Assembly (NCBI GenBank): GCA_046052125.1
Contig: JBJOMY010000001.1
Span: 544,001-608,000, forward strand
Direction of reading: 5' to 3'
Length of the DNA stretch: 64,000 nt
Source of the DNA: Cyanobacteriota bacterium
GTDB lineage: Bacteria > Cyanobacteriota > Cyanobacteriia > PCC-6307 > Cyanobiaceae
Below are positions 16,658 to 28,600 of this stretch, piece after piece. The position numbers were made by a program, and so were the translations under genes. How positions within the stretch are numbered: position 1 is the first letter of the stretch; each line of letters begins with the position of its first letter. The notes under the pieces were generated by a model. That model searched no databases, was not told the origin of the DNA, and worked only from the letters and a program-made list of their open reading frames with translations.

Positions 16658-19600
16658 TTACCGGTTCTCGTTGATTTTATCGGCTGTGGCGATACGACCG
16701 AGGCGTGACTTGATTAAACTTGAAATCTTTTCTCTGCCTACAAAGTTATCGAGAACAGCTCTGAGGAAACCCGGAATAACATCTTTCTCTGGCCTCTCGA
16801 CAGATTCGCCAATGGCATCCAGGTCCTGGAGTGGAGTAATGGCTTGCGTTTGCTGATCCCTCGGGGTGCCATCACCTGTGCTTCTAATGTCACCATCAGG
16901 CTCGACGAGAATCACCTCGCTGCTTTTGATAGTGGTTTCAGGTCGAGTCGAAGTTGTGCTGAGTGCTGCATCCGATTCCGATGAATCGCTGGGTTCGGGT
17001 TGTTGGGGCAATCCGGTTTCGTCATTTGATGCAGCCTCTAGAGATTGTGTATTCGTCTGTGATTCCCTGCTCTCGTTTGGTCCCTGCAGCTGGATGCTGC
17101 CATCTGCCGCTATTTCTGCATTGACGTTGAGAGACGGGTAAGCGATCTCTGCAGCGATGCCAATTTGTGATGGATCATACGTGTACTCGCTAATGTTCGG
17201 AACGATCACAAGGGCAATCGTTGACAAGCCCTGCCCAGCAACATCGTTGTCTATGGGTGTGAATGCGGGATTGGTTAGATTGGTGAAAGCGATCGACCCT
17301 TCACCGGTTGAGATCTCAATGGAAATTGGGGTGTTGTAAGTGCTCTGAACGCCGCTGGATAACGTGACGAAGGACTCGATGGACATATCCTGATCGGCTA
17401 TCAAGACCGGCTTACCGCCGGTGTCTGAGACAGGGAGAGGCAGGATAGACGCAGTGGCGCTTGCTTGATCCGTGATCAGGTAATTGAGATAATCAGTACC
17501 TCCATAAGTGGATGTGAGCGTCACTGATTTTGCTGTACCTACGTCCGAATCGCTGAAGGTCCCGGTTGCATCTAACGTGACGTCATCACCAGCGATCATG
17601 CCGCCCGAAACGAGCACTGCATTGGTCACCCCAGCTGTGCTGACGGTGGCATCAGTGGTGCCGTCATAGGTTTTGTCGGCAGCGGTGATGCCGCTGATGG
17701 TGAGCGCTTTCGCCGTGATGGTGGCCGTTAATCCAGTGGTCGGAGCGAGGCTGTAATTGGAGCCAAGACCACCATTGTTGCCATCGGCCAACACATAGGT
17801 GGCTGTTGCTGTTCTTGCACCAACATTTTTGCTATCAAACACACCAGTAGTGCTTGCGAGGTTCACTGTTTGATTGCCCTCAAATCCAGTGAGCGTCCCT
17901 GGCGTGATTGTCGCCGTTGTGGTGCCGTTGTATTCCCTGCCTGCTGCGGTGCTGTTCGTGATCGTCAGCGCCTTCGGTGTGATCGTGGCGTCGTTCAGGC
18001 TGAGGCTTGTTGTATTGAGCTGATAGTCGCTCAGTGCTCCACTGCCACCAGTGATGCTGGCCAGCGCGATACTGGTGAGATTCAGCTGGCTGGCACCCAC
18101 CACGTTGGCATTGTTGTAGGCCGCGCCATAGCTGAGAGTTGCTGAATCACCGCTCACTAAGCCGGAAAGCTGCCAATTAGGCACAAAGCCGGTGCCAGCT
18201 GTTGTGCCGTCGTAGATCTTGCTTGCGCTGGTGTTGTTCAGGGAGGCTGTAACGGGAGCCGCTGTGATCGTCACGGCTGCATTGGTGGCATTCAGCGTGG
18301 GCAACACATAGTTCGTAGCTAAACCGCCGCCGCTGCCATCGGCCAGGGTGATGGCGTTGATGAACTTGCCGGTGGTGGCCACATGAGAATTCGACGCCGT
18401 AGCTCCGCTGTAAGTCAGGGTTTCACCGCTCACGCCGGTTGCAATGGTGACGGCTCCGGCGAGATCCGTGCTGCCGTTGTAGACCTTAGTGGCGGAGAGT
18501 GTGACGGTTTTGGGTGCGATGGTGGCCGCTAACCCCGTGGATTGAGCGAGGCTGTAATTGGAGGCCAATCCACCATTGCTGCCATCGGTCAACACATAGG
18601 TGGCTGTTGCTGTTCTTGCTCCGGCATCTTTGCTATCAAACACACCAGTGGCGGTCGCCAGCGCGACTGTTTCGCTGCCGACAAATCCAGTGATCGTGCC
18701 CGGGGTGATCACCGCCGTTGTGGTGCCGTCGTATTCCCTGCCTGCTGCGGCGCTGTTTGTAATGGTCAGCGCCTTGGGTGTGATCGAGGCTGACAATGCA
18801 TTGATGGACGGATTCGTAGCTAGCTGATAATTGCTGGCACTTGTTCCAGTTAAGGTGAAACCGCTGGCCGTCACCGTTTGCGGTTGAACGCTGCCGCCTG
18901 CGCCGCGCGACACATTCTCACTTGCAAATTGGGCCGAGTAGATTGCAATCGCGAGCTGATCATTTGAGATCCGGCCTGTGAACGTTGCTCCTGATGTATC
19001 GAGTGTGGCCGTATTTGTCCGGTTGTAAACCTTGTCTTGAGCAACCAGCCCACCGATAGCGCTGATGGTGGCGGGTGTGATCGAAGCGCTAAGGCTGAGG
19101 CTGGATGTATTGAGCTGATAGTCGCTCAGTGATCCGCTGCCACCACTGATGCTAGCCAGAGCAAGGCTGCTGAGATTCAGCTGACTGGCACCCACAACAT
19201 TGGCATTGTTATAGGCCGCGCTGTAGTTGATAGTCGCTGAATCACCGGAGGCAAACCCGAGGAGCTGCCAGCTGGGCGTAAAACCAGTGGCTGCTGTAGT
19301 GCCGTCGTAGATTTTGGTCGCGCTGGCGTTCGTGAGTGCGGCGGTAATGGGTGCCGCTGTGATCGTCACGGCGGCATTGGTTGCATTCAGCGTTGGCAAC
19401 ACATAGTTCGTAGCCAACTCACCGCCACTGCCATTAGCCAGGGTGATGGCGCTGATGAACTTGCCGGCAGTGGCTACATGAGAATCCGACGCTGTTGCAC
19501 CGCTGTAGCTAAGGGTTTCACCATTCACCCCGGTTGTGATCGTCACGTCTCCGGTGAGATCCGTGCTGCCGTCGTAGACCTTGCTGGCGGAGAGTGTGAC

Positions 19601-22600
19601 GGTTCTGGCTGTAATGCTGGCCGTTGTTGTGGGCTGACTGCTGATGGCGTAGTTGCCAACATCAGCGCCGCCATAGCTGGATGTGAGGTTGACGTTTAGG
19701 GGCGTGGAGGCAACATTTTTACTGGCGAAGGAACCAGTGGCACTCACCGTGACCACATCACCATTCACCATCCCGCCAGCGACTAGCACTGCATTGGTCA
19801 CCCCAGCTGTGCTGACGGTGGCATTGGCGGTGCCGTCATAGGTTTTGTCGGCAGCGGTGATGCCGCTGATGGTGAGCGCTTTCGCCGTGATGGTGGCCGT
19901 TAATCCAGTGGTCGGAGCGAGGCTGTAATTGGAGGCCAATTCACCATTAGTGCCGTTGGCCAACACATAGGTGGCTGTCGCTGTTCTTGCGCCAATATTT
20001 TTGCTGTCAAACACACCAGTGGCGCTTGCGAGGGTCACTGTTTGATTGCCCTCAAATCCAGTGATCGTGCCCGGGGTGATCACCGCCGTTGTGGTGCCGT
20101 TGTATTCCCTGCCTGCTGCGGCGCTGTTCGTGATCGTCAGTGCCTTGGGTGTGATCGAGGCTGACAATGCATTGATGGACAGGTTCTGAGCCAGCTGGTA
20201 GTTACTGGCACTTGCTCCAGTTAAGGAGAAACCGCTGGCTGTCACCGTTTGCGGTTGAACGCTGTCGCCTGCGCCGCGCGACACATTCTCACTTGCAAAT
20301 TGGGCGGCATAGCTGTTGATCGCGAGCTGATCATTTGAGATCCGGCCTGTGAACGTTGCTCCTGATGTATCGAGTGTGGCCGTATTTGTCCGGTTGTAAA
20401 CCTTGTCTTGAGCAACCAGCCCACCGATAGCGCTGATGGTGGCGGGTGTGATCGAAGCGCTAAGGCTGAGGCTGGATGTATTGAGCTGATAGTCGCTCAG
20501 TGATCCGCTGCCACCACTGATGCTAGCCAGAGCAAGGCTGCTGAGATTCAGCTGGTTAGCACCCACCACATTGGCATTGTTATAGGCCGCGCTATAGCTG
20601 AGTGTTGCTGAATCACCGGAGGCAAACCCGAGGAGCTGCCAACTGGGCGTAAAACCATTGGCTGCTGTAGTGCCGTCGTAGATCTTAGTTGCGCTGCTGT
20701 TCGTAAGTGTCGCTGTAATGGGTGCCGCTGTGATCGTCACGGCGGCATTGGTTGCATTCAGCGTTGGCAACACATAGTTCGTAGCCAACTCACCGCCACT
20801 GCCATTAGCCAGGGTGATGGCGCTGATGAACTTGCCGGCGGTGGCCACATGAGAATCCGACGCCGTAGCTCCGCTGTAGCTGAGCGTTTCACCGATCACG
20901 CCGGTTGTGATGGTCACGGCTCCAGTGAGATCTGTGCTGCCGTTGTAGGTCTTGCTGGCTGAGAGTGTGACAGTTCTGGCTGTGATGCTGGCCGTTGTTG
21001 TGGGCTGACTGGTGATGGTGTAGTTGCCAAGATCAGCGCCGCCATAGCTGGATGTGAGGTTGACGGTGATGGGTGTGGAGGCAACATCTTTACTGGCGAA
21101 GGAACCAGTGGCACTCACCGTGACCACATCACCATTCACCATCCCGCCAGCGACTAGCACTGCATTGGTCACCCCAGCTGTGCTAACGATGGCATCAGTG
21201 GTGCCGTCATAGGTTTTGTTGGCAGCGGTGATGCCGCTGATGGTGAGCGCTTTCGCCGTGATGGTTGCCGTTAATCCAGTGGTCGGAGCGAGGCTGTAAT
21301 TGGAGGCCAATTCACCATTAGTGCCGTTGGCCAACACATAGGTGGCTGTTGCTGTTCTTGCACCAACATTTTTGCTGTCAAACACACCAGTGGCGCTTGC
21401 GAGGGTCACTGTTTGATTGCCCTCAAATCCAGTGATCGTGCCCGGGGTGATCACCGCCGTTGTGGTGCCGTCGTATTCCCTGCCTGCTGCGGTGCTGTTT
21501 GTAATGGTCAGTGCCTTGGGAGTGATCGTGGCGTTGTTCAGGCTGAGGCTTGTTGTATTGAGTTGATAGTCGCTCAGTGCTCCACTGCCACCAGTAATGC
21601 TGGCGAGGGAAAGGTTGCTGACATTCAGCTGACTGGCACCCACCACGTTGGCATTGTTGTAGGCAGCTGTATAGCTGAGAGTTGCTGAATCACCGCTCAC
21701 TAAGCCAGAGATCTGCCAACTGGGCACAAAGTCGGTGGCTGATGTTGACCCGTCGTAGATCTTGGTTGCGCTGCTGTTCGTAAGTGTCGCTGTAATGGGT
21801 GCCGCTGTGATCGTCACGGCGGCATTGGTGGCATCCAGCGCCGGCAACACATAGTTCGTAGCTAAACCGCCGCCGCTGCCATTGGCCAGGCTGATGGCGC
21901 TGATGAACTTGCCGGTGGTGGCCACATGAGAATTCGACGCCGTAGCTCCGCTGTAAGTCAGGGTTTCACCGCTCACGCCGGTTGTGATGGTCACGGCTCC
22001 AGTGAGATCCGTACTGCCGTTGTAGGTCTTGCTGGCGGAGAGTGTGACGGTTCGGGGTGCGATGGTCGCCGTTAATCCTGTGGTCGGAGCGAGGCTGTAG
22101 TTGGAGGCCAGTCCACCATTGTTGCCGTCGGCTAACGCATACGTGGCTGTAGCTGTTCTTGCTCCAGCGTCTCTGCCATCAAACACACCAGTGGCGCTCG
22201 CCAGCGTGACTGTTTCGTTGCCAACAAAGTCGGATAGGGTTCCTGGCGTGATTGTCGCCGTTGTGGTGCCGTCGTAGGCCCTGCCTGCGGCCGTGGTGCC
22301 GCTGATTGAAAGCGCCTTGGGTGTGATAGAGGCGTTGAGGTTCAGGCTGGATGTCGTGAGCTGATAGTCGCTGAGTGCTCCATTGCCACCAGTGATGCTG
22401 GAGAGGGAAAGGCCGGTGAGATTCAGCTGGTTAGCGCCCACCACGTTGGCATTGTTGTAGGCCGCGCTGTAACTGAGGGCTGCAGTATCACCAGTTAGCA
22501 ATCCAGAGAATTGCCAACTGGGCACGAAGCTAGTGGCTGTTGTTGTGCCGTCGTAGATCTTGCTTGCGCTGCTGTTCGTGAGCGCCGCTGTAACGGGTGC

Positions 22601-25600
22601 CGCTGTGATCGTCACGGCGGCATTGGTGGAATTCAGCGTTGGCAACACATAGTTCGCAGCTAATCCGCCACCGCTGCCATCGGCCAGGGTGATGGCGCTG
22701 ATGAACTTGCCGGCAGTGGCTACATGAGAATCCGACGCTGTTGCACCGCTGTAGCTAAGGGTTTCACCATTCACCCCGGTTGTGATCGTCACGTCTCCGG
22801 TGAGATCCGTGCTGCCGTCGTAGACCTTGCTGGCGGAGAGTGTGACGGTTCTGGCTGTAATGCTGGCCGTTGTTGTGGGCTGACTGGTGATGGTGTAGTT
22901 GCCAAGATCAGCGCCGCCATAGCTGGATGTGAGGTTGACGTTTAGGGGCGTGGAGGCAACATCTTTACTGGCGAAGGAACCAGTGGCACTCACCGTGATG
23001 TCATCACCGGCAATCATGCCGCCAGAAACGAGCACAGCATTGGTGACACCAGCTGTGCTGACTGCGGCGTTGGTGTTGCCGTCATAGGTTTTGTCGGCAG
23101 CGGTGATCCCGCTGATCGTCAGCGGCTTTGGTGTGATGTTGGCTGACAATGCATTGACGGACAGATTCTGAGCCAGCTGGTAATTGCTGGCACTTGCTCC
23201 AGTTAAGGTGAAACCGCTGGCTGTAACCGTTTGCGGTTGAACGCTGCCGCCTGTGCCGCGCGACACATTCTCGCTTGCAAATTGGGCGGCATAGCTGTTG
23301 ATCGCGAGCTGATCATTTGAGATCCGGCCTGTGAACGTTGCTCCTGATGTATCGAGTGTGGCCGTATTTGTCTGGTTGTAAACCTTGTTTTGAGCAACCA
23401 GTCCACCGATGGCGCTGATGGTTGCGGGTGTGATCGAAGCGCTAAGGCTGAGGTTGGATGTATTGAGCTGATAGTCGCTCAGTGTTCCGCTGCCGCCAGT
23501 GATGGTGGCGAGGGCAAGGCTGGTGAGATTCAGCTGGTTAGCACCCACCACGTTGGCATTGTTGTAGGCCGCGCTGTAGCTGATGGTTGCTGAATCACCG
23601 GCTGCAAATCCAGAAAGCTGCCAACTGGGCGTAAAACCGCTGGCTGATGTTGTGCCGTCGTAGATCTTGCTTGCGCTGGTGTTGTTCAGGGAGGCTGTAA
23701 TGGGTGCCGCTGTGATCGTCACGGCGGCATTGGTGGCATCCAGCGCCGGCAACACATAGTTCGTAGCTAAACCGCCGCCGCTGCCATTGGCCAGGCTGAT
23801 GGCGCTGATGAACTTGCCGGTGGTGGCCACATGAGAATCCGACGCCGTAGCTCCGCTGTAAGTCAGGGTTTCACCGCTCACGCCGGTTGCAATGCTCACG
23901 GCTCCAGTGAGATCCGTGCTGCCGTTGTAGACCTTGCTGGCGGAGAGACTGACGGTTTTAGCTGTAATAGTGGCCGCCAACCCCGTGGATGGAGCGAGGC
24001 TGTAATTGGATGCCAATCCACCATTGGTGCCGTTGGCTAACACGTAGGTGGCTGTAGCTGTTCTAGCTCCGGCATCCTTGCTATCAAACACACCAGTGGC
24101 GCTTGCCAGCGCGACTGTTTCGTTGCCGACAAAGCCGGATAGGGTTCCTGGCGTGATTGTTGCCGTTGTGGTGCCGTCGTAGGCCCTGCCTGCGGCCGTG
24201 GTGCCGCTGATTGAAAGTGCCTTGGGTGTGATTGAGGCGTTTAGGTTCAGGCTGGATGTACTGAGCTGATAGTCGCTACTGAACGCGCCACTAGTAGCAC
24301 TGATGCTAGCCAGGGCAAGGTTGGTGAGATTTAGTTGGCTAGCACCCAGCACGTTGGCATTGTTGTAGGCAGCGCTATAGCTGAGAGTTGCGGTATCACC
24401 GTTTAGCAATCCAGAGAGCTGCCAACTGGGCACAAAGTCGGTGGCTGATGTTGAGCCGTCGTAGATCTTGCTTACGCTGGTGTTATTCAGGGAGGCTGTA
24501 ACGGGTGCCGCTGTGATCGTCACGGGAGCGTTGGTTGCATTCAGCGTTGGCAACACATAGTTCGCAGCTAAGCCACCGCCGCCGCCGTTGGCCAGGGTGA
24601 TGGCGCTGATGGTTTTGCCAGCGGTGGTCACATGAGAATCCGACGCCGTTGCACCGCTGTAGGTGAGCGTTTCAGTAGCCACACCGGTTGTAATCGTCAC
24701 GTCTCCGGTGAGATCCGTGTTGCCGTCGTACACCTTGCTGGCGGAGAGTGTGACCGTTCTGGCTGTGATGCTGGCGGTTGTCGTTGACTGCCCTGTAATG
24801 CTGTAGTTGGCTGCGTCATCGCCACCAGTGCTGGAGGTGAGGTTGACGGTTTGACCGGACGCTACGTTTTTGCTGGTGAATGAGCCAGTGGCATTCACTG
24901 TGACCACATCGCCTGTCACGATCCCGTTAGCAGCAACCCCAGCTGTGCTGACAGTTGCTGTGGTGTTGCCGTCATAAACCTTATCGGCAGCGGTGATCCC
25001 GCTGATCGTCAGCGCCTTGGGCGTGATGGCGAACCGATTGTTCGGATCATTCACAAGCACTTTTCCAAGGTCGTTCGTGAGGCCGCTCACATAGACAAGC
25101 GGTGAGGTGCCAACAACCGCGTTATTGGATGTTGACTTGGCTCCGTTGAACTGCCAGGTAGCTGTTCCAGTGATGGTTCCAAGTGCTGCGCCTGATACAA
25201 GCTGGTAGTTACTATTCCGGTAGGTCAGTGTGTTCTCACTGATCACGGGAAGATTGCCGTAGACCGTCGACGTTAATGGTGCAACCACAAAGACAACATC
25301 TTGGCGGTAAATTGCAGTGAGGCCAGTTCCAACCGGTGCGGTGTAGTTCTTGGTGACTTCGTCGCTGTTGAAGCGAAGGTTGACGAGCGATGTTGTCGAG
25401 CCGACAAGAGCATCCAGGTAGCTACTGCCTTGATTCGCGTAACGACCGGAATACAGCAAACCAGTACCTCCGCTGCCAACGTTTGCGGATCCGCCTGCTG
25501 CAACAATGATGTCTCCACTCACTGCAACGCCTGCACTCGCGGTGACACCTGCATTCAAGAGCAATGCAGGTGCGGTCAGAGAGTTGGAAGTGCTGGTGGT

Positions 25601-28600
25601 CTTCACCGGGGCAGACAACGTGAGATCACCTGTATCGGTGGTCACAGTGATGCGTTCAGTTGATGTGATCCCACTCAGTGACCCAACGGTGCCAACGGTC
25701 AGAGCGCCCTCATTTTTGAAGGTAATCTGACGACCTGTTGAAATAGCAATCTTGTCTACATCATTCAAACCAGAGGGCATGACTGGTCCATCTGAGATGA
25801 CCATTAACTCACTCGCAGTAATTTTGCCAGAACCAGACAGGCCCGTTGTCGATTGAGTTGGGTTGTTCGTCGTTATAGAGATGCGTCCTGTTGCCGTTAT
25901 TGGGCTGTTAAGGGTCAAACTTGCCGTATTGAGCGTGAGGTTGCTGCCGGTAAGGCCGCTGCCAGCAATTGTTAAAGCACCTGTGGTGTTAATCGTTGTT
26001 GATCCGGTGCCGCCAAGCGTGTTGCCGATGGTGAGAGCGCTATCGCCACGATTCCAAACCAGATTCGCATTGTTCGTGATGCTGCCCGTTACGCCTGCAC
26101 TGCTGCTTTCCCCAACGCCGAGCTGCAGAGTTCCCGCATTGATCGTCGTATTGGTGATGGTATTGGCTTCTAGCAGGGTTGTGGTTCCTGTGCCATTCTG
26201 CGTCAACGACGAGGCAGTGATTGCTTTTTGAAAGGTCATATCACCAGAGCCAATGATATTGACGGTGCTCATGGGAGGAGTGCCATTCGTTGTAATTGCT
26301 TTACTTATTGTCGCTGCAACATTGCTTGGGTTATTGAACGCGACTGAGCCTGTTCCATTCGCGAAATATATTTGGCTCTCAAATGTCGGGTCCTTGTCCA
26401 GGTTGATCTGCAGTCCACCACTGTAGATATTGGTAGCACCGGTGTAGCTGGGCTTCTCAAGAATTGTTGTTCCGCTGCCCCGCTGATTAACTACTCCAAT
26501 CCCGATGATCTCGTTGGTGATGGTGAGGTTGTTGCTGCTGTTCAGGTTGAGGTTGTTGAGGGCACTAGTCATGTTGACTATGCCTGTTCCGAGCGCATTC
26601 GCAGCGGTTATCTCTATGTTCCCAGTTTTAATAGTAGTGCCGCCGCTATATGTATTTGATCCAGTAAGAGTGACTTGGCCGCTAATATCGATAACGACGG
26701 ATCCAGTACCGCTGATGTTCTGATCAAAAGTAAGGGGGCCAGCGCGATTTATAGTCAATGTACCGTTGTTGATAACGGCTCCGCTGCCGATGGCTCCCCA
26801 GGTAAAAGAAGCGTTGGATCCTACTTGCAGTGTTCCGGCTTGGATCGTTGTTGTCCCGGTATTGGTATTGCTGCCGGTGAGTGTAAGTGTCCCAGCGCCT
26901 AGCTTTGTAATACTTCCATCACCCGTTAGAGTGGCTCCCCACGTAACAGTCCTCCCGTCCGGGATGTCGATCTTGTAGGCGTTTGATCCTGTTGACGTGT
27001 TGAACCTAGATGAATTGTCAGTTGAGTTTGCATAAAGCAGCGTACCGCCACGGAAGCTGATCGTTCCGCTTGAGCTAAGGGCATTGGAACTATATACGCC
27101 AATTATTCCTGAATTGAGAACTGTGCCCCCTGTATACGTGTTGTTGCCACTTAGCGTCTGCGTGCCTGTGCCGCTCATGGTCACGGCCCCGCTGCCTGAA
27201 ATGACCCCGGAGTAATGCGTGCTAGACGTGAGCGCCCCACCCAGGTTGGTGCCGCCCACATTGAAGGTGAGCCCTCCTGCGCTGATGGAGATCGCACCCG
27301 ATCCGGTTACTGCACCCGTTGTGGTTTTCAGTTCTAGGCCGCCCGCGCCCGAGCGGGTGATGTTATTGGTGAGGATGATGTTCCGGTAGGCATCTAGGGT
27401 GAGTTTGTTGGCGGTACTGCTGCTGAAATTCGTTGCAACGGTGATATCACCGGCTTGTGTTCCGGCTGAGCCGGCTCCACCGGTTCTCACCGTGACGTTC
27501 GAGCTATTCAGTGCCGTCGTGAGGGTGTAATCATCGACCACTGCCGAATCAGCAGTGGCTGTGAACGATCCATCCACTCCTGCCTGCGTTGCTGACTTGA
27601 TGGTGATGTTGTAGGGGTCCAGCAACCACAGGCCCGTTTCACCCGCTGCTGCTGTTGTATCCACGCGGATGTCATCCACCTTCAGGTCGTAGCCGGAGGT
27701 TTCGATGCGGCCGCCGTTACCGCCCGCCGTCCCGCCTCTGGCAAGCAGCGTGCCCGACACCGTTGTGACGCTCTGCGGGTTCTGGATATCACTCCAGGCC
27801 ACCACGGTGCCGCCATCGCCGCGTTGCAGGGCCGATGCATCGAGGAGTGCCCCTTGGGCAATGGTGGTGGTGATGGCCTGACGTACGGCTGGGTTGCTGT
27901 TTTGCCAGCTGCCGCCGATCTGGATCAAACCACCTGCTGTTGCACCTGTGGCATCCACCACAGCCGTTGAGCCCAGATTGATGGCATTACCCACAACCGT
28001 GATGGCACCGCCCTTGAGGCCATCGTTGGCACGGATGACCCCTTGAATGTCAACGCTGCTGCCAGCCAGCTCAACGCTTTGCGCTGCGCTGAGCGTGGCG
28101 GCTTTGCCAACTTCAATGTTGCCGCCGCTGATCAGGCTGAGGTTTTGGCCTGATTGCAGCACTTCATGCACAACAATCGATCCGGTGTGTGCTGCATCGC
28201 CAATGGTGAGTTGGCTAACGGGGGCCGCCTTGATGGCTTCAAGTGTGGTGCCGCTGAGGGTGAGCGCTGGTGAGGAAGCAGCCGCGCTGGGCTGGGGAGC
28301 GCCCACTTGAATGGCCAGGTTGGGTGCGCTTGTGGTGATTTGCAGCTGGCTGGATTGGCCCAGATCAAGGGCCACTTGGATGGGTTTGGCAATCTCGATC
28401 TCCGCTGCCGAGAGCCGGATCGATGGAGCGGCGAGGAAGAGGTTGCCTTGGAAATTGAGCTTTTGGGCAACGCTGATATCACCCCTGATCTCAATGCGCG
28501 TGGGGGCTAACACCTCAAGGCTGTTCAGCCCTGTAAAGCCACTGAGGGTGATGTTGCCTGTGTTCGCGAAGTTGCAGGATGTGGAGCAGGCCTCGATCAC

